Origin: Octopus sinensis
Lineage: Eukaryota
Length of the DNA: 64,000 bases
Reading direction: 5' to 3'
Assembly (NCBI RefSeq): GCF_006345805.1
Contig: NC_043002.1
Coordinates: forward strand, 100,006,001-100,070,000
Position numbers and translations under genes: made by a program. Each line of letters begins with the position of its first letter. Within the stretch, counting starts at the first letter, position 1. The notes under the pieces were generated by a model. That model did no database searches. It worked only from the letters and a program-made list of their open reading frames with translations, and had not been told where the DNA came from. This document shows, one piece after another, positions 39,857-52,902 of the stretch.

Positions 39857-40048
39857 GTGTGTGTGTGTGTATATGTGTATGTATCTATATATAGGCATAA
39901 CAGCGTGTAGATGATCTCTCGAAAACCACGTGGTTTTGAGTTCAGTCCTACTGAATGGATTCTAGGGCAAGTGTCTTCTATTATGGCCACAGTCCCATCA
40001 ATGCTTTTGCAGTGAATTTCATTAATGAAAATTGTCGCGAAGCATGTA

Positions 40049-40079
<31 letters not shown>

Positions 40080-40084
40080 CATGT

Positions 40085-40329
40085 GCCATCCCTCCACCGT
40101 TAAGAGAACATGTTTCAATGGCTACAATCATGTAAAACTATGCAAAACCTTGGAGAAAGAAACCTAGTTGTTTAATGCAATAAATACATATAAAAGCAAA
40201 ATTCATTAATGGACACTTAAAATTATTCTAGTGTGGATCCCCAATTTACTACTTTGCTTGTGTGGACCCCACCCCAAAAACTATATATTGACCCCCATGT
40301 GTCATATGGATCCCGGGTGAAAACCACTG
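40085..40329 (-). mobile_element. hAT (Charlie/Buster-type) non-autonomous terminal fragment
   Basis: Minus strand starts cagtggttttcacccgggatcc...gggggtc, resembling CAGTGGTTCTCAACC termini; left boundary uncertain. Confidence 0.45.
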
Positions 40330-40376
40330 ATCTAAATCGAAAATTTGATTTCTAATTTAAGTTCACGAAGAAATAT

Positions 40377-40823
40377 TGTGTTCGCGTGTGTTAAAATGCT
40401 TGAAAACATGTGTCTGTGTGCTGTATGCCGATCTTGCATATGTCATGAGTCTTGTAAGCTGGGTGAGGTCATACTGGGCGAGGCTGTCAGTTCGCTTTTA
40501 TTCGTATGCACGTGCTCAAGTGAATATAAGAGAATATGTATGTGACACTGGCTTTTTGTGACTTGTCCCAGAAGTAATCCACTAACATGGTGGAGGAACA
40601 GGCAACACAAGAGGGGAATTCCATTTCACGATATGTTTCTATCATCGTTACCAATACTCCTAATATATATATATATATATATATTATATTCTCTTATATT
40701 CACTTGAGCCAGTATCACTTACATATTCTCTTATATTCACTTGAGCACGTGCATACGAATTAATACGAACTGACGGCCTCACCCAGCCACATATTTTCAG
40801 GCATTTTCACGCAAGCATACACA
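40377..40823. mobile_element. Foldback/MITE-like element with long modular inverted repeats
   Basis: About 40485-40553 is the reverse complement of 40707-40775; looser complementarity extends to 40377/40823; tattctcttatattcacttgagc occurs twice on the right arm. Confidence 0.7.
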
Positions 40824-43365
40824 TAATTCCCAATACAACTTTTTCAAGAGCGGAAGGTTTCCCGTGTGTATCCTCGATCCCGCCTCATACACTTGGTATT
40901 TGTCAGGCTACATCTGAAACAGTAAGACAAAGTGATCTGCATATTAGGTGGAAGGGAGGGGTAAGCTGTAGCACGGACTCATAAATGACCTGAGCGATGT
41001 TCACTGGTTGTTTAACGTTCATTTTTAGTGAATGAGCGTTCACTAGCTAGCCTGTTTATTTGTAGGTCGACGATCATTGGGACTAGTAGTTCGCTGGGTT
41101 TTAATGGATCTAACGGCCTTGAAAATGCTACGTAATTTTTAATTTCATTTTCACTTCCCGCCTCATTTTGTGTTCATATTTCGACCTTGTTTGTGTATTT
41201 TCTGTTGCATTTGTTATTTTCGATTTTTTGAAGATCAACATCAGTGATTTATATTATTGATTATTTAAAGAAACATCTTATTCGTTTAGGGTGTAGCAAC
41301 AGCGGAGGACTGAGTTCAAATCAATTTTGCCTTACATTGTTTCAGGTTCTATAATTTAAAGAACCATTTCTTCATATTTCGATGAGACAAATTGCGCTGT
41401 TTAATCCAGTTCTTTCAGTTCTGTGTTCTTGGATTTTAAATGTAATCCACTTAATCCTTTTCTTGCATTAGCTTTACCGCCTAGTTCTTAGATGCCTTTC
41501 CTAGAGTTCTCTCTATTGCCATCTTTGTAAACAGGTTCCAGTTCGCGGAAAATATCCCCATTTCTCCACATCCATGTCGAACGTTCTGGTATGTATTATT
41601 GAGGCGAACGACCGGAAATATAGATAAAAAAAAACACTTTGAGTGAATGCAAAAAAAAAATGTAAGAAAACTATGGTAGTTTAAGATAAAGCTGTTGATG
41701 AATGTATGTGTATATCTATGAGTGTAAACATTTTGTTCTTTTTTTCACTCGTAGAGATAAACAATTCCGGCCCTTTTATCACGTTTTTATTGAGAAAGAA
41801 AGTCAGAGAGACAAAGTGAGGAAACGGGGAGAGAAATGGTTTAGTACAGTTGTTCAAAATACGAATTACGATATCAGAAACTTAATATATTCCAGCCTGC
41901 TTTTTATAATTTAGGACTCAACTTGCTATTGAGACAATTTTACTGTTAAGATGATGGATAATTGAGAGATTTCAGTTGCTATTCTTAACTGATCGAGCGA
42001 TCGTATAGTGATTACTTCATCTCACATTGTTAGATTGTGGCCACATGTATATGGATATGTAATAATTGCACATATTGGTATGTATTATTGAGGCGAACTG
42101 CCGGAAATATATATAATAAAAATCAATGTTTTAAAACGTTATAAAATGTTTTGAAGCGTTATAAAAGAGAAATTTTACATTCGGTATGCTGAAGCTCTAA
42201 CTAACGAAATTATTTTGGGAAAGGAACTATTGGAAAAAATACCAACCCCTGTTAGATAAAGTGGTAGAAAATTAAGTGTTTTTTTATTACTATACCATGA
42301 TATCCCTACATCTTGAGAAATCTAGCCAAACGAGAAAGCCTGGGTGAGACTGCACAGCTGAAAGACATAGAGGGCCTGCTTTGCAAAATTCAAATGCTAT
42401 CGAATCAAAAGAAATTAAGCACAGAAAGCCGGCCTTCGAGAGCGAATATGGTTTGGTAACATGTACGTGATTGTTTAAGGGGTCTATGTAGATGTGAGAA
42501 GGTATAGACACATTTTTGGCCCCCTCAATTTTGACGAAACAAAACATCCACACTGAGAAAGAGAGAAGGCAACACCAGCGTTAGAACAGAGAGAAGGCAG
42601 CACCAGTGTTAGAACAGAGTGGATTAGGATCAACGGAAAATCAGGTTAATATCAATAAGACCCAACATGTCATCGGTTGTAAGAATTGAACACGCGAACT
42701 TAAGAGCATGAGCCGAACATCCAAACAAGCAGATCAGACATCTTGAGTAGTATAACCTGGTGTAAAACCCTCTCTGAAAACAATATAGGATATATAAAGA
42801 ATATTTTGTCATTAGACGAATTAAAAATAAATTTCAAGAAAGTATGGAGATAAATGTACACAACTGTGTTTTTTGAAAAGTGATTAAAGAAGACGAGAAA
42901 TATTGGTTCGCTTAGCAAAACCAAGGAATGGGCATGAGGAAAGCAAGAGAGTTTATTTCCTGTAGGTTATGGACCCCTGGTTTGTTTATCTTTTATGGTG
43001 ATGGTATTAGCTAAGGACGGAAGTTCAATTATAATTATTTGGTCGTTTCATTGGGATTATCTGTTTCTGTTGTCTGTCTTTTTTCTCGAACAAACAAACA
43101 TATAGACACACACAAACATACAAACACACACATTCAGTCACACCGCGTGTATGAATATATGCCCATGTGTATTATATATGTACGTTACTTTGTTTATAAG
43201 TGTGTATATATAGGCATACATGCATTTCGTAAATGCATGCATAAGCATACACGTGCAACCAGGTACTCGCGCACAACTAGGTGCATTTTATAACATCTGC
43301 CTTTATTCAATAAATTACATACAACACAATAAAAAATGCATTTCAGATGTAGAAAAACATTATCC

Positions 43366-43468
<103 letters not shown>

Positions 43469-43556
43469 TTCAAGCACGAATCTATATATATATACATATA
43501 TATATATATATACGTACACACACAGAGATTTCTCTCTCTCTCTCTCTCTCTATCTC

Positions 43557-43609
<53 letters not shown>

Positions 43610-43745
43610 CACACACACATACTTCCGTGGAACAAGTAATCAGAAAAGTTGTGAATATTTATATAAAGCAAAAAGCTAGTCTTGATTTTGATACGTAAAA
43701 AAGAAATCAGGTTGTGTGTTTGTGAGTGTAGTAGTAGTTGTTGTT

Positions 43746-43784
<39 letters not shown>

Positions 43785-44146
43785 TTAATAGTAGTAGTAG
43801 ATTGTACTACAACATGAATGGACAGAACAATCAATGGAAAAATATCGATCAATGTGCAGATCGATAACCGAATTCTCATTAAAGTTACCACAAACAGTGC
43901 ATGGGTGAGTAACCAGTAGTAGAAATATCAGGATATATTTAATATATTTTTACTGTTAAATAATAATAATTATTATCATTATTATAGTAGTAGTAGTAGT
44001 AGTAGAGTAGTAGTAGTAGTAGTAGTAGTAGATATTATTGATGTAATGGTAGTAGTTGTGATATGGAAAAAAAATGACATAGGACGGCTACTAGAAGACA
44101 AAGCTTCGTTTGGTTTATTTACGTTACTTTCGTATCTCTCTCAATA

Positions 44147-44185
<39 letters not shown>

Positions 44186-45483
44186 GCTCTGCCTCAATCC
44201 GTTTACGAAAGCGTCTTTTGTTTTCTTTTTTTTCTTTTCTGCTTTTGCTTGCTTCCCTTATCTGATATATCATATTTTTTCCCCCACACTGTGTTGTCTA
44301 TCTATTATCCATGTAGCTATGTATTTCTGTCACTCCACACTTGCATGCTCTCTGCCACTCTTTTACGCTCAGATATGGATTGACGAGTGCGCGCACACAT
44401 ATACACGCATATAGACAACGGAAATGTTTGCGTGAATGTGACAGTGTGTGCGTATATATATATATATATATATATTTAGCCACAGGTCAATCTTGGTCGA
44501 TCTTACTTATGATGAAAAGCATTCCACCTGTGATCCTTTTTGCTGGTCTTTTCGCCTAAGAAACACCGAGTCATAAATCAACTTGTGTTCTTACTATACT
44601 CAAGACAGTGTTGAGGGATATTTTGCTTCTATTTAGAGTAATCTTAAACAAACACGACAGGCTACCAAGATCGATTGCCTTCTTTATCTATGTTGATAAT
44701 CTTATCGAGTAATTTGCTTTAACAAACCGTTTTAAAATATAATTTATTAAAATTTTTTTTTACATGCAAATCTTAACTGGATAACGCTAGAGGGAAAATA
44801 TTCACTAAAAATTCCACCATTAACCGTATGGGGGCACCTTCTATAGAGAGAGGTGAGTAATAAATTAAAATGATGCTCGTTTAGCATCTCCTTAATTTGC
44901 CTCAGCTTTCTATGTTTTCATGAATCGATGCACTGTAGAATGTAATCAAAATTTGGCTCCGGTAGAAAAACTGTCATGGCGTTTACAGATATAGAGACGA
45001 TTGCCATAGTAACGTATAGGCTGCTAGCAAATACATGATTATAGTATTGTGGTTAAATATAGACTCTCTCTCTCTCTCTCTCTCTCTTCTTACGTTCACA
45101 TATTTCTCCTTTATACAGTAGTTGGTGATACAATTTGCTTCACGAATTTCCTGCATATGTGTGTGTGTGTGCACGCACACTTATTTTTAAATGTGTATGC
45201 ATGTAAGCATATGTGTGTGTGTGTGTTTATAGACACTCACATGAGACTCAGAAATATGAACATATATGTGTGTTTTTTCTCTGAATAAGGATATACATAA
45301 ACATATACATGCATGTAAATATGTATTCAAATATGCATATCTATAGATTTATATAATATATGTATACATCTGTTTTAATATATATGCATACACACACACA
45401 TAATTACATATATATATTCTTTTTTTCTTTCAGTCTTTTATTTGTTTCTAAAAACAGGGTTTTTTTTCAGTCGAAGAAATCGC

Positions 45484-45625
45484 CCCCAAGACTTATTTTT
45501 TGTACGCCTAGTACTCATTCTATATCTCTCTCTTGCCGAACCGCTAAGTTACGTGGACGTATACATACCAGTATGTATTGTCAAACGATGGTGAGGGGGG
45601 GCAAACACAGACACAAAGACACACT
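45484..45625 (-). mobile_element. SINE-B 3' arm fragment
   Basis: gacttatt...ctagtactcattctat...gccgaaccgctaagttacg...caaacacagacac. Confidence 0.7.
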
Positions 45626-45678
45626 CACATAAATATATGCATATGTGTGTGTGTGTGTGCGTATATCTATATCTATCC

Positions 45679-45728
<50 letters not shown>

Positions 45729-45733
45729 GTCTT

Positions 45734-45818
<85 letters not shown>

Positions 45819-45820
45819 CA

Positions 45821-46130
45821 TAATCTCCGTGACCGACAAGGCTATCAGATGTTCCTACATATCGCTGGTCACTATGCGCTTCGCATTGTTTTAGCCTTCA
45901 AATGACACCACCACCCCCCCTGGCTAAGCGAGCAGGGCAACAGAAGAAAAAGTGAGAAAAAGTTGTGGTGAAAGAGTACAGCAGAGATCGCCACCACCCA
46001 CTGTCGGAGCCTCGTGGAGCTTTAGGTGTTTTCTCTCAATAAACACTCACAACAACGCCCGGTCTGGGAATTGAAAGTACGGTCCAACGACCGCGAGTCC
46101 GCTGCCCTAACCACTGGGCCATTACGCCTC
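45821..46130 (-). mobile_element. SINE-D (head D, tail type 4)
   Basis: Minus head gaggcgtaatggcccagtggttagggcagcgg...ttcaattcccagac..., shared with 61800-61975; different tail. Confidence 0.85.
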
Positions 46131-46133
46131 TCT

Positions 46134-46168
<35 letters not shown>

Positions 46169-46187
46169 AAATATATATATATATATA

Positions 46188-46660
46188 TTCGGAAGAACGC
46201 AATAGAGGACATTAAACATTCGGACAGATTAGACGATACAACGGCGGACAAGAGAAACAACAATTAGAAGGACAAGCATAAAAAACGGGTCATTCGTGAT
46301 TTCCTTTTCTCAGTCAAGTTCCAGAAGTCACGACCATTTCGGACAGTTACACTTGAGATAGTTCAATCTGGTTGCCCCCCAAAAGGTCTAAGCTAAAAGC
46401 ATTAGAAACCTTTGTAAGAAAGTTAGCGAATATGTACGGAAGCAAGGACAAAAAAGCAATGAAACAGAAAAAATCGGAGAACATGGTACGCAGTTACGAA
46501 TGAAAACAACAAGAAATAACAACAGGTGTCTTTCGACTGAGAACGAATCAAATTGAGCTGGCTTGTATGAAGTGAAAGCCTAAAGGCAGGAACATAGGAG
46601 ATGGACATATGAGGTGTTGGCGGTCGGCAGTCAGGCCAAGAAAGAAAGATCATGACTGGA
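46188..46660 (-). mobile_element. Possible Penelope-like 3' fragment (decayed)
   Basis: Purine-rich + strand abutting (TA)n, same organisation as the other Penelope-like fragments; only remnants of GAAA motifs remain. Confidence 0.3.
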
Positions 46661-46820
46661 CGGACAGGCTTCTTTCAATTTCTGTCTACCACATACACTC
46701 ACATTGCTTTTGTAGGCGCCAGGATGTAGTAGAAGGTACTTGCCCAAGGCGCCACGCAGTAGTACTGAACCTAGAAAGAGGTGGTTGGGAAGCAAGTTTC
46801 TTAACACACAGCCGCGCCTG
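46661..46820 (-). mobile_element. SINE-B 5' arm
   Basis: Reverse complement of 9250-9404. Confidence 0.8.
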
Positions 46821-46850
46821 ATTTTTTTTTATATATAATTATTCATTTAG

Positions 46851-47040
46851 AAGGCGCCGAATTGCCAGAATGCTTAGCGGTATTTCGTCCGTCTTTAAAT
46901 TCTGAGTTCAAAATTCACTGATTTGTCTTTCATACTTTCGGAGTCGATAAAATGTGTACCATTTGAATTCTGGAGTTGATGTAAGCAACTTATCCCACCT
47001 CCAAATTTGCTAGTCTTGTGCTAAAATTTGAAACCTATAA
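46851..47040 (+). mobile_element. SINE-A (decayed)
   Basis: aaggcgccgaattgccaga...gagttcaaa...ttcggagtcgataaa. Confidence 0.75.
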
Positions 47041-47455
47041 TCATATATTTGATTTTAAAATACTTTTAAAACATCTATTATTGAAGCATCTGTACAAGGG
47101 TTATCTAAGTAAATACAGTTTAGCTTCTACATGCTTCAATTGATAGACTGTGTACCTACTGCGCCAGGTCTTGAAGGGCAAAATTGGTTCCCGCACTTAT
47201 TTTAAGCCTAGTTCTTGTACTATCCTTTCTCTTTCACTGAACTGATAAGTCTCTGGTATGTAAACCGAGCATCACCTGCTATAGGTCAGGGAACACAAAA
47301 ACAAAAGGACTTCATTCAGTTTTTGTCTGGCACGTACACTCACAAGTCTTTGGTCTTCCTCGGGTAATTGTAGAACACATTTGTCCAAGGTTCCGTGCTG
47401 CGGGACTGAATCCCCTCAAAAAATAGACATGGCAGCGCCTATAATATTATGTGAA

Positions 47456-47541
<86 letters not shown>

Positions 47542-47545
<4 letters not shown>

Positions 47546-49033
47546 GTGCGTAAGATATTTGAGGACAGATTTATGTTTATAAAAAAAAACAGAAATATGA
47601 TAACATAACTTTATTTATCAAAAGTGAGGGCGCGTGGCTTAGTGGTTAGGGCATTCGGCTCATGATCGTAAGGTTGTGAGTTCGATTCCCGGCGACGCGT
47701 TGTGTCCTTGAGCAAGACACTTTATTTCACGTTGCTCCAGTCCACTCAGCTGGCAAAAATGAGTTGTACTTGTACTTCAAAGGGTCAGCCTTGTCACTCT
47801 CTGTGTCACGCTGATTATCCCCGAGAACTACGTTAAGGGTACACGTGTCTGTGGAATGCTCAGCCATTTGCACGTTAATTTCACGAGCAAGCTGTTCCGT
47901 TGATCGTATCAGCTGGGACCCTCGTCGTCGTAACCGGCGGAGTCTTTAGAATTTATCAAAAAATGCTATGAGGACAAAAATAAACCTTCTTTACATTAAT
48001 GTTATGCAATACAGCCATCTTCAGGTTCAACTACTGCTTCTATAAGATCTAAATAATCTACATGCACGAATCAAGTGGTCCTGGTTCATTTTGGCCATTA
48101 TTCTGACTATGGCAGCTTTCAAAGAATTTTGGGTGTTATGGGTGTGTTCATTGGATTGAGATCTGGGGAGATAGGAGGCCAAGTTTTCGGAATTGTGTGA
48201 TCATGAAAATTTTCAGCCATCCATACTAGAGCCATGTATGATAGTGCAGAGTTTTACTGAAACACATATGGCCTTCCATTGTATACACTGTCTAAACAGT
48301 TATTTCCAGGTCCAGAATGGAGGCGGCAGAGTTAACTCTAAGTCTTTGTTGAAAGAAGTAAGGAAACATCACATGTCTTTCATTAGAACCATAACAGATG
48401 CAGGAAATTTTGTATGCATAACACTTGGAACTTCAAATGTGTCTACGCATAACCGTTTCTCATTTCTTGTGTTAACTTTTTGATTTTGGTTGAAATTTTT
48501 CTTGTTTCTCTGCTGGATTTTTCAGTTGTTTAAGAGACTTTTAGATCTGGTGTAGTGATTTACTTTTGCTTTTTCTGATAAATTGACCTTTCCTCATCAT
48601 ATAAAATTTATATCTGATGTTTTCGTGGACAACATTTCTGACTGTTCCTTCTGACACAGGGAGATCATTTGCAATTGATCTCATGGAATTTCTGTGATTG
48701 TAATAAATGGCCTTGTTGAACTTGGGTAAATTCAGGTATTTTGATGATTTCAGAGCATTTAGAATGTTTTTGATGCTTTGAAACTGGTGATACATTCCTA
48801 TCTTCAATCTTTAGCTCCTTATAAACTTTGTAGATGAAAGATCTGGCAACTTTTAAAAATCGAGATAATTCTAAATCGCTGTAGTTAGCCTTTATAATCA
48901 CAATAACAGCATGCCTCTTGGGTAAGTGGAGGGTTTGCCATTATTATTTTCTGAAACAAAGATTGTACAGATTTAGCAAAAAATGCAACAATGACCCCAA
49001 AAATGTAGGTCCTCAAATATCTTATGCACCCTG
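47542..49033 (-). mobile_element. Tc1/mariner DNA transposon (maT/DD37D-like) with decayed transposase
   Basis: TIRs CACAGTGCGTAAGATATTTGAGGAC / (rc) CAGGGTGCATAAGATATTTGAGGAC; minus fragments LSRFLKVARSFIYKV, SMRSIANDLPVSEGTVRNVVHENIRYK, WPPISPDLNP; frameshifts and stops. Confidence 0.9.
47624..47950 (+). mobile_element. SINE-C (head C, tail type 1) nested in the mariner element, 11-bp TSD
   Basis: tRNA-like head ggcgcgtggcttagtggttagg...gagttcgattccc; atttatcaaaa at 47613-47623 and 47951-47961. Confidence 0.9.
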
Positions 49034-49037
49034 TATG

Positions 49038-49073
<36 letters not shown>

Positions 49074-49352
49074 ATATATTATCACAATAACATCATATAA
49101 ATGCTAACAAACATACACACACATTCATATGCATGCAGTTTACGTAAATGTCGAACAATGAGAACGAGTGTTCAACACCGCATTGGCGGACAAAGATTAT
49201 TTACTTGTGTATTAAGACTACTATTGTGTGTCAGGGTTACCATTTCATATAAAGAAAATATCTTAACAATTTCTTCATGTGATTGGTTTGAAAAATTGTT
49301 AAGATATTTTCTTAACCTGAAACCAGTGGCAGCTTTTATTCATGTATACATA

Positions 49353-49417
<65 letters not shown>

Positions 49418-49421
49418 TATA

Positions 49422-49832
49422 TACTCTTTTATTCTTTTACTTGTATCAGTCATTTGACTGCGGCCATGCTGGAGCACCGCCTTTTAATCGAGCAACTCGA
49501 CCCCAGGACTTATTCTTTGTAAGCCCAGGACTTATTCTATCGGTCTCTTTTGGCGATCGCTAAGTGATGGGAACGTAAACACACCAGCATCGGTTGTCAA
49601 GCAATGCTAAAGGGACAGACACACAAACACATACACACACACACATATATATATATATATACATATATACGACAGGCTTCTTTCAGTTTCCGTCTACCAA
49701 ATCCACTCACAAGGCATTGGTCGGCCCGGGGCTATAGCAGAAGACACTTGCCCAAGATGCCACGCAATGGGACTGAACCCGGAACCATGTGGTTGGTTAG
49801 CAAGCTACTTACCACACATCCACTCCTGCGCC
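49422..49832 (-). mobile_element. SINE-B, full length
   Basis: Reverse complement of 9250-9662, with internal CA/TA tract; TA runs on both flanks. Confidence 0.92.
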
Positions 49833-50118
49833 TATATATATATTAACGTACCCGCACGTAGTATATTATTATTACTACAGCTTTGATTTTTGGGAGAACT
49901 ATGCATAAAATACCTTGTTATAAATGCGATAAAAGGTTATACTCGTCAAGTACAGAACTTAATCTAATCTATTAATAGCCACTAGAAAATTAAAAACTTC
50001 GGCCAAAATTAGAACACTTGTTAGTTCTAATATAAAGAAGGCACTAGGAATTTAAGGTACAAGGTATACCAATCTGAGGACTGTGTTACAATTATTTGCA
50101 GTTTGAGCAAATATATAT

Positions 50119-50732
50119 AGTGAGAACTTAGAAAAATGCAAAAGACAAAGACAGGTTCGTAAACAACAAAAAGATGTATTAGTTTAAATGCTCGGGAAGT
50201 GAGAAAGTCGTTAACATTTCGAGCCTACGCTCTTCGTCAGAAAAGGACAGAAGATAGAAAAAAGGTTTAGTGGCTAGCGATCTATCATGGGGAATGCCGG
50301 ACAGAGGGGTCACACAGGAGTGCTAGGGAGAAGGGGAGATAATAAAGTAGTGGTGAACTCAAAACGAAGGTGCGCGTGCGTAAGTATGTGAGAGCGTTTA
50401 TGCGCGTGTGGAAGGGAGATGGTGACATTGACATGTGCGTGTGTAGGTGTATGGATGATGGTGTAAGTGCTGGGAAATTATCAATGCTAGTGTGTGCGCT
50501 GGTGTGGGTGCTAGGAAGTGGTCAGTGCTAGTGTGTGAGGGCTGGTGTGAAGTGGTGTGGTGTGGTATGGTGGTGTGATGGTGTGATGTGGTGGTATGTG
50601 GTTTGGTGTGGTAGTGTTGGGGTTTGGGGAGGCGAAAGTGGGGGAAGCAAGGGTGGGGTCTAAGGGATGGGGTGGAGGGTGTGATGGGATGCATAGGAAT
50701 GGTAGGGTTGGAATGTGTAGTGTAGGGTAACG
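50119..50732 (-). mobile_element. Penelope-like 3' fragment: C/A-rich region plus hammerhead motif, between (TA)n runs
   Basis: Minus strand is C/A-rich, then cctttt-CTGACGA-A-GAGC-gtag-GCTC-GAAATGTTAAC; downstream flank homologous to the 16.1/53.6/60.3 kb copies. Confidence 0.7.
50207..50246 (-). ncRNA. Minimal type I hammerhead-like motif with canonical CUGACGA core
   Basis: CTGACGA at rc 50234-50240, extra A, perfect GAGC/GCTC helix II, GAAA; helix III C>T change and weak helix I in this copy. Confidence 0.65.
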
Positions 50733-50820
50733 ATATATATATATGTATATATATATATATGTGTATATATATATATGTATATATATATATATGTATATAT
50801 ATATATGTATATTATATATG

Positions 50821-50853
<33 letters not shown>

Positions 50854-50965
50854 GTATGTATTATATATATGTATGTATATATATATGTATGTATATAATA
50901 TATATATGTATATGTATGTATGTATATGTATATGTATATATATGTATATATATATACATACATAT

Positions 50966-51043
<78 letters not shown>
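50733..51043. repeat. (TA)n/(TATG)n/(TG)n microsatellite
   Basis: Direct inspection. Confidence 0.95.
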
Positions 51044-51550
51044 CATACGATACTCAAACTGCAAATAATTTCAGAGTACTTTTTTCAGCATTTAAATATG
51101 CTATTTTGTACAGTCCACATCACACGTCTTCCTTGTTCCAGCTACAACGGAAAGAAAGACACACAAGTTAGGAGAAGAAAATTGTCCTGGAAAGTATGCG
51201 TAAAAGTGAAGGGGGAAAGGGTGATAAGAAACGGCAAATAAATAAATAAACTGACAGGTATTTGTATGTATGAGTGTAATTGCATGTGTTAGTGTGTATT
51301 CTGTCTCTCTATATACGGTAGTAAGTAAATGTGTTGTAAAAAAGATTTTAAAAAAACTCAGTTAGTAAGGAATAAATGTTTGACTGTAGATCGTATTTGA
51401 AAAAGATTGACAGGTATTCATATGTATGTTTTTTTTTGTATGTATGTGTGTATTTGTATGCATGTCTGTATTTGTATGCATGTGTGTATTTATATGCATG
51501 TGTGAATTTGTATGCATGTATGTATGACTGTATTCTCTCTCTATATATAT

Positions 51551-51963
51551 TACTCTTTTACTTGCTTCAGTAATTTGACTTTGGCTATGCTGGAGCACCG
51601 CCTTTAGTCGATCATATCGACCGGAGGAATTATTCTTTGTAAGCCTAGTACTTATTCTATCGGTCGCTTTTACCGAAACGCTAAGTTACAGGGACGTAAA
51701 CACACCACTATCTGTTGTGAAGCGATGTTGGGGACCAACACAGACACACAAACATACACACACAAACGCGCGCGCACACACACACACACACACATATATG
51801 TATATACACGATGGGCTTCTTTCAGTTTCCGTCTACCAAATTCACTCAGAAGGCTTTGGTGGACCAGAGGCTATAGTAGAAGACGTTTGCCGAAGTTGCC
51901 ACGCAGTGGGACTGAACCCGGAACAATATTGTTGGTAAGCAAGCAATTTACGACACAGCCACT
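51551..51963 (-). mobile_element. SINE-B, full length
   Basis: Both arms plus internal (CA)n/(CG)n/(TA)n tract. Confidence 0.88.
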
Positions 51964-52542
51964 GTGGTAGTACGTAAATGTAACTCACAGTTTGTAGGGA
52001 ATAAATGTTTGACTGTCGGTCGTATTTGAAAAAGATGTGTAATTATTTATTTATTTATTTATTCATTCATTGTTATCTTGGTGTTAGAAATGGGAAGTGA
52101 ACCTTCAATTCCCGCCAATTAGAATGAGGTCATTGGTAATAATAGGTACATATATATGTGTAGATATATGTGTGTATTTACGTAGGATTAGCAGTCTGTC
52201 CGCTTATTTGACTCTCACACTTTCTCCTTCGTTTCTTTCTGTCTTTTTTCTTGGATCCTTCGTAAACGTTCATAAGAGGAAGTAGCAATTTAAAGGATTT
52301 TTTAATGGTAGTAGTACGAGTAGATAATATTGCATTAGAGGGGGAAATGATTATGTATGCAGTTTTATCGATTTTCTTTCGCAATTAGGTGTTATTTTGA
52401 CCGAAAATATGCCCCTATGACATAATTTATGGTATTTAAAATATTCCAATTTTTTCATCCACTTAATTTGGAATTGGATAAATGTAGGAATTTTCAACAT
52501 ACATACACACACAGAAAATCTGCCTTTTATAGGTAATACATA

Positions 52543-52881
52543 TCTATATACATAAAACTCAACTTGTGTGTCTGTGTGTATATCTGTGTGTGTGTGTCTG
52601 TGTGTTTAAATTCCCGGCACATCTCCTCCTAGCCAACAATTCGTAGAACCACCAAAAATGGGTCACTTAAAGTTTAGGCAAATGAAAATTGAACTGCGCT
52701 ATTTCTGTCCCGAAATTCATCTCGCAAGTGCAAAAATCGATAATGTGTTTGTTTAGGCCTTATCCCATGCATTTTCGTATTAATCGTTTGGACTTTGTGA
52801 ACACATACCAATTGTTTTCATAACATTTTTAACGCTTTGAATTAAACGTGACGATTTTGCAAAGCCGGGCAATACTGCTAG
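52543..52881 (+). mobile_element. Non-autonomous Helitron-like element
   Basis: Starts TC (tctatatacataaaac), ends gccgggcaatactgCTAG, sits between A and T, no TSD; internal (TG) tract. Subterminal hairpin only partly preserved. Confidence 0.6.
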
Positions 52882-52902
52882 TATAAATATATATATATAT
52901 TT

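Noticed and set aside
46290-46400. Hammerhead remnants (GAAAUGGUC; CUGAGAA...GAAAUC) on the minus strand
   Set aside because: No intact core or helix I; cannot be supported from this copy.
47624-47700. tRNA-like sequence with A and B boxes (also 9250, 46130, 53300, 61800)
   Set aside because: No complete cloverleaf or acceptor stem; continues into SINE body with a TSD.
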